A DNA stretch of 64,000 nt from a virus. The stretch spans positions 15,625-79,624 of IMG/VR virus record IMGVR_UViG_3300017788_003020; one strand, given 5' to 3'. This document shows positions 59,485 through 64,000 of the stretch, piece after piece; the stretch's first letter is position 1; each line of letters begins with the position of its first letter. The notes below the pieces were generated by a model. The model ran no database searches and was not told the origin of the DNA. It was given only the letters and a program-made list of their open reading frames with translations. The translations under genes and the position numbers were made by a program.

Positions 59485-62313
59485 TTAAACAAGTGTAACT
59501 CCGCTAAATACCTTGTAGTTTCCTCTAATTCTAACTTGAACTTCTCCAGTTCTTAATGTAGAACCAAAAGTCACAGTTCTGCTTGTTGCTGTTGAATTAT
59601 CAACATCAAGACATGGGTCTCCATAGTTAGAAGGGTTGCCTGAAATAAACTTTGTATTTGCATCCAACCAATCTGTTCCAGTTAAACCAACTACTTTAAC
59701 TTCTACTTCTAAATTATTTGTCATTTTATTTCCATCTGTGAAATCAGATGTAATTGTTCCGTTTGAATTATTTATAGTAAATTCAAAATTAGAAGCATTT
59801 GTAATATTACCTATTGTGAAATAAACCCAATCAGAATTGATATTAGATTGTTCATATTTTACAATATCTCTGAATTTGATACTTGATAAATAATCAAATC
59901 CTATTCTTACGAGCAAAGTCCCAGATTTTGCTTCTTGTCCAAATGTTATTCTTCTAAATGTAGCAGTAGAAGAACCTAAATCTAATGCCGCTTCTCCATC
60001 ATTAGAAGGACTTTCAACAGATATTGGGTCATACGCTTGATTTGCATCTACCCATCCTGCTGTTGGGTTTGTTCCATCTACTCTAACTTGAAGATAAAGC
60101 CCATCAGACATAGTTAATCCATTCGTTAAATCTATTCCTATATTTTCAGCAGAACGAATAACAAATGATACAAACTTTTCATCTTCTATTTCACCTAAAT
60201 TAAATGTTGCCCAACGAATTCCAACAAATCCATCATAGTCAGGACCACTTACATTTACAGATGAGCCATCTACCATATCTGATGATGTATAATCACCTTG
60301 AGGGTATCTATAAATTCCACCCCACATTTGAAGTTCCTCATTTGCATATAGTGATTGTTGTGCTTCTGTAAGTGTATAAAGATTGCCATATCCTGTTGTT
60401 GGATATGTTCCAGTACCAGAAGTATAACGCACTCCAACTTCTTGTGATATATCGTCTATGTAAATTTTATAATTAGATGTTGTTACATCAGTTTTCCCTA
60501 TCGTTCCAATTCCTTTTGCATTATGAACAGAAAGATTAAAATCTGTTGATATAGAATCACTAAAAGCATCTGCGCTAACAATAGCTTCAGCATCTGTAAA
60601 ATTAACAACCTGAGTTCCATCATTCAAGAAAGGTAGAGAAATTGTGCAAGACGAATCAGTTTGAGGTAATAACTTTTCATCTACATAAGGGCCTAATATT
60701 TTCACTATATGGTCTTTATGATAAAACAGACCAACACAATTTTCAGCAGCAAAGGAGAATTTAATAATATCATTTTCTTCTAATACTGGAACTCCTGAGA
60801 TATATTTATTTCCCCATAAACCACTAACAAATATGCTACTTAATGCAGGAGCTGAACCAATTTGTTCTACATAAAAATTAAGAGTTTGATTGGCTATTCC
60901 ATGAAATGTCTCATATGATATTCCCATATTATATGATGTGCTTTCACTTGAAGCAAGAGGAGAGCCTGTTTTAGATAATTCAAAAGTATATTCATTAAAG
61001 AATTTTCCTTTTAATTCATCATTAGATGCAAAAGCATCATTCTTTTCTAAATAAAGAGACATATCTCCACCAGTTACGGTGTAATTTGTAGCAGGAGGAT
61101 GAACCGTTGGGGTAACACTATGACTTCCAGTTGAAACCAATCCTGCTCCAAAATCAGCATAACCATATATGATGCCTTGTTCAAAAGATTTCATAGGTTT
61201 AGTGCTTTCTATAACAGGGAGTTCTTGGTCTGTAAAAACATGATTTTCTACGCTTCCATCATCATACCATCTCGCAGGAAAGCCATTTTGAACATCTATT
61301 TCTATAATATTTGATGGTATATTCGATGGCATTGAGCGAGTATAGTTGTATATGAATTCACTTATATCATCAAACGCATCTAATATGAGGGTATTTGGCT
61401 CCCAAGTATCAAAGAAACCATCTGACCAGTTTCCATCAGATGGATATGCTCCTATATCATTAAATAAAGGGCCTTGAGCACCTTGATTACCAGAACCACT
61501 TGAACCACAACATATTCTTATAATTTTACCACTATCAATGTCTGTTTGTATAGAAGAGGAATCAGATTGGTGTGTTTTAATTACCCAATAAAGCTGTTGG
61601 TTATACTTAACGATTTGTTCACTAAATAAAGTTTTATTAGGAGTCCAAAGTTCAACAGTAAGTCTCTTTCTTTGTATAAAATCTTTTGTTGTTACAACAG
61701 GTAATGGGAATGTTGATAAATCACCTAATGAATGACTTGTTGGATAAAGTGTAGAAGTTGGAAGACCGTTTGGATAAATCCAACAAACACCTATAAAATA
61801 ATATCCTTCTGGAACATCTGGTGGAGTTGGTTCAGTAGCAGGTGTTCCTTTTACAACCAAAAATTCAGTTCCATAGAGTTCTAATGTAGGATAGTATAAA
61901 GTCAGGTCTCCCTTTATACAAATCAAATCTATTCTTGGATTACTTGAAGTATTAGGTTGAATAAAAATATTTGTATCTGCTACATCAACTGGCGTTGGTG
62001 TATAATATGTTTTTCCATTTATTCTTATCTTTCCTTGTGTAACAGAAAGATATTGTGAAGATACACCAGATGTTTGTAAAACATGTCCCCCAAGTATAGC
62101 ATCTTCTGTATTTAATTCAACAGGTTGACTTCCATCCTGAGTAAATAAGGTTCCTTTTTCTACATTAATACCCAACTCTCCTTTATAAAGAGTATCAGAT
62201 GTCCATTGATTATAATCATCTACATGATTTGTCCCAACAGGTGGCATCTTAGGTCTGGAGCCAACAATTAGTTTTTCAACTCTTCGTATAAATTCAGTGA
62301 TAAGAGAGCTCAT
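59485..62313 (-). CDS. Virion structural/fibre-associated protein
   Basis: LYKGELGIN, PRIDLICI, duplicated C-terminal W.DAN...GT..VRI module. Confidence 0.6.
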   Translation of the reverse strand: MSSLITEFIRRVEKLIVGSRPKMPPVGTNHVDDYNQWTSDTLYKGELGINVEKGTLFTQDGSQPVELNTEDAILGGHVLQTSGVSSQYLSVTQGKIRINGKTYYTPTPVDVADTNIFIQPNTSSNPRIDLICIKGDLTLYYPTLELYGTEFLVVKGTPATEPTPPDVPEGYYFIGVCWIYPNGLPTSTLYPTSHSLGDLSTFPLPVVTTKDFIQRKRLTVELWTPNKTLFSEQIVKYNQQLYWVIKTHQSDSSSIQTDIDSGKIIRICCGSSGSGNQGAQGPLFNDIGAYPSDGNWSDGFFDTWEPNTLILDAFDDISEFIYNYTRSMPSNIPSNIIEIDVQNGFPARWYDDGSVENHVFTDQELPVIESTKPMKSFEQGIIYGYADFGAGLVSTGSHSVTPTVHPPATNYTVTGGDMSLYLEKNDAFASNDELKGKFFNEYTFELSKTGSPLASSESTSYNMGISYETFHGIANQTLNFYVEQIGSAPALSSIFVSGLWGNKYISGVPVLEENDIIKFSFAAENCVGLFYHKDHIVKILGPYVDEKLLPQTDSSCTISLPFLNDGTQVVNFTDAEAIVSADAFSDSISTDFNLSVHNAKGIGTIGKTDVTTSNYKIYIDDISQEVGVRYTSGTGTYPTTGYGNLYTLTEAQQSLYANEELQMWGGIYRYPQGDYTSSDMVDGSSVNVSGPDYDGFVGIRWATFNLGEIEDEKFVSFVIRSAENIGIDLTNGLTMSDGLYLQVRVDGTNPTAGWVDANQAYDPISVESPSNDGEAALDLGSSTATFRRITFGQEAKSGTLLVRIGFDYLSSIKFRDIVKYEQSNINSDWVYFTIGNITNASNFEFTINNSNGTITSDFTDGNKMTNNLEVEVKVVGLTGTDWLDANTKFISGNPSNYGDPCLDVDNSTATSRTVTFGSTLRTGEVQVRIRGNYKVFSGVTLV

Positions 62314-62318
62314 GTTTA

Positions 62319-62645
62319 TTATTTTTGTTTATTGTTTACATATCTTGACATCCACCCTTTTGGCATATAATTAGGTATAATATTACTACCGTTTTTATAT
62401 CCAATAAAAGAAGCTTCACCTACTTGAAATTCCATTTTATAGACAATTATAGGATAAACAGCTCCTTGAATAAAACTTCCTGGTGAAAATTCTATTGAAT
62501 TTGTTTGTGAGCTATAGGTCCATATTTTTACTGGGCATTCATTAGTTTTTAAGCAATGTATTTGGTAAATCACAGATTCATTATTTTCTGGAACATACTC
62601 TACATTTGGTTCAATTTGAACAAATATGTCTGCTGGATGTATCAT
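62319..62645 (-). CDS. Hypothetical protein
   Basis: ORF; GATATATA (minus) at 62652-62659. Confidence 0.6.
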   Translation of the reverse strand: MIHPADIFVQIEPNVEYVPENNESVIYQIHCLKTNECPVKIWTYSSQTNSIEFSPGSFIQGAVYPIIVYKMEFQVGEASFIGYKNGSNIIPNYMPKGWMSRYVNNKQK

Positions 62646-62721
62646 AACAAGTATATATCGTATTTTTTATAAAGAAAACAAAATTGAATTGATATAATAA
62701 ATTATTTAATTTTGTTTTACA

Positions 62722-63999
62722 TTAAACTATCAAATAAGTGAAAATTATAGAAATTTTAAAGGCACTTGTAGTAATAGCTCTAAATTCAACTATTGCTTCA
62801 TCATTACCTACATCTCCAAATATTCTACCCGCGTGATTTATATCAACTCCATTAAAAGAGCCGCATTCTAATGCTGCAGTTCCTGCTAATTGGCATGATA
62901 TAGCAAAATTAGATGCAATAGGTAAAGTAATTCTAATAGCATCTGTTTGGTCAGGAGGAGGCCCGCCTATTCCATCTGGTAAATCTACAACAATTTCTCC
63001 ACTCACATTTACAACAGAACCTACTCTTAAATATTGAAAACAATTAACAGTTAAACTTGTAAATTCACTTACATTTTCATTACATCCAGAACGGGTTGCT
63101 GTAAGAGTTGGAGTATATGTTCCAGAGGCAAGAGTTAGTACAGTTCCAGATGGGCCCTGATTACCTTGAACTCCTATAATGCCTTGAATTCCTTGTATAC
63201 CTTGGACACCTTGGATACCTTGGACACCTTGATTTCCCGTTGAGCCTTGGTTACCTTGGTTGCCCTGAGACCCTGTTGAACCTTGATTACCTTGATTGCC
63301 TTGGTTGCCCTGAGAACCAGTTGCACCTTGATTGCCTTGGTTGCCTTGAGAACCAGTTGAACCTTGGTTTCCTTGATTGCCCTGAGAACCAGTTGAGCCT
63401 TGGTTTCCTTGATTGCCCTGAGGCCCTGTTGAACCTTGGTTTCCTTGATTGCCCTGAGAACCAGTTGAGCCTTGGTTTCCTTGATTGCCCTGAGAACCAG
63501 TTGAGCCTTGGTTACCTTGGTTGCCTTGAGAACCAGTTGCACCTTGGTTTCCTTGGTTGCCCTGAGAACCAGTTGAGCCTTGGTTACCTTGGTTGCCCTG
63601 AGGCCCTGTTGAACCTTGGTTTCCTTGGTTGCCCTGAGAACCAGTTGAGCCTTGGTTACCTTGGTTGCCCTGAGGCCCTGTTGAACCTTGGTTACCTTGG
63701 TTGCCCTGAGGCCCTGTTGAACCTTGATTACCTTGATTACCCTGAGAACCAGTTGCACCTTGGTTGCCTTGATTACCCTGAGAACCAGTTGAACCTTGGT
63801 TTCCTTGATTACCTTGAGTCCCTTGAACACCTTGAGTTCCTTGAACACCTTGAGTTCCTTGTGAGCCTTGGTTACCCTGATTGCCCTGAGAACCAGTTGA
63901 GCCTTGGTTACCTTGGTTGCCTTGATTGCCTTGGGTTCCTTGAACACCTTGAGTTCCTTGTGAGCCTTGGTTACCCTGATTGCCCTGAGAACCAGTTGA
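62722..63999 (-). CDS. Collagen-like fibre protein (start lies beyond the window); C-terminal beta head
   Basis: The frame of 62722..63006 stays open to the edge and encodes GST-GSQ-GNQ-GNQ triplets, then SGTYTPTL...YLRVGSVVNVSG. Confidence 0.85.
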   Translation of the reverse strand, partial: STGSQGNQGNQGSQGTQGVQGTQGNQGNQGNQGSTGSQGNQGNQGSQGTQGVQGTQGVQGTQGNQGNQGSTGSQGNQGNQGATGSQGNQGNQGSTGPQGNQGNQGSTGPQGNQGNQGSTGSQGNQGNQGSTGPQGNQGNQGSTGSQGNQGNQGATGSQGNQGNQGSTGSQGNQGNQGSTGSQGNQGNQGSTGPQGNQGNQGSTGSQGNQGNQGSTGSQGNQGNQGATGSQGNQGNQGNQGSTGSQGNQGNQGSTGNQGVQGIQGVQGIQGIQGIIGVQGNQGPSGTVLTLASGTYTPTLTATRSGCNENVSEFTSLTVNCFQYLRVGSVVNVSGEIVVDLPDGIGGPPPDQTDAIRITLPIASNFAISCQLAGTAALECGSFNGVDINHAGRIFGDVGNDEAIVEFRAITTSAFKISIIFTYLIV

Positions 64000-64000
64000 G
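63155..64000 (-). repeat. Collagen Gly-X-Y repeat, 9-nt units grouped in ~36-nt higher-order units
   Basis: Seen directly. Confidence 0.95.

Noticed and set aside
63174-63947. 257-aa Lys/Val-rich ORF in the track
   Set aside because: Shadow frame of the collagen repeat; the Gly-X-Y frame is continuous with 62722..63006
1-64000. Stop-codon reassignment, tRNA genes, reverse transcriptase/DGR, inteins
   Set aside because: Genes are full length in the standard code; the only T-arm I saw belongs to tmRNA; no RT or intein motifs recognised by eye

Overview
AT-rich segment of a jumbo, T4-related myovirus-like phage genome. It reads through in the standard code. The host is probably in the Bacteroidota/Chlorobi-Ignavibacteria (FCB) group, judged from TTTG-N19/20-TAnnTTTG promoters, a T9SS-type cargo gene, FCB-type ClpC and an NYN-CSD gene. 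The left ~25 kb is accessory: a T9SS-CTD/secreted fibre gene pair, an ADP-ribosyltransferase-fold protein, methyltransferases, an IMPDH/GMPR-family enzyme, HU, NYN-CSD RNase, SLOG, dCMP deaminase, ClpC and ClpP, an ankyrin protein, tmRNA, an M28 peptidase and RmlB. The right ~39 kb holds virion genes (neck, baseplate, collagen-like fibres) and a replication operon (clamp-like protein, the C-terminal half of a split PolB, UvsX/RecA, helicase, gp33-like protein). Structure not shown by the ORF track: (1) two compact, highly paired candidate ncRNAs at ~2431-2651 (minus) and ~13941-14082 (plus); (2) a three-class promoter grammar (host-type TAnnTTTG, RAAC-N16-nTATAA, GATATATA); (3) a shared N-terminal [FY]Ex[FWY]..E motif resembling T4 capsid-targeting sequences on unrelated late proteins; (4) a tmRNA with a long 25-aa tag near ClpCP. 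All protein calls come from motif recognition by eye; no database searches were run.
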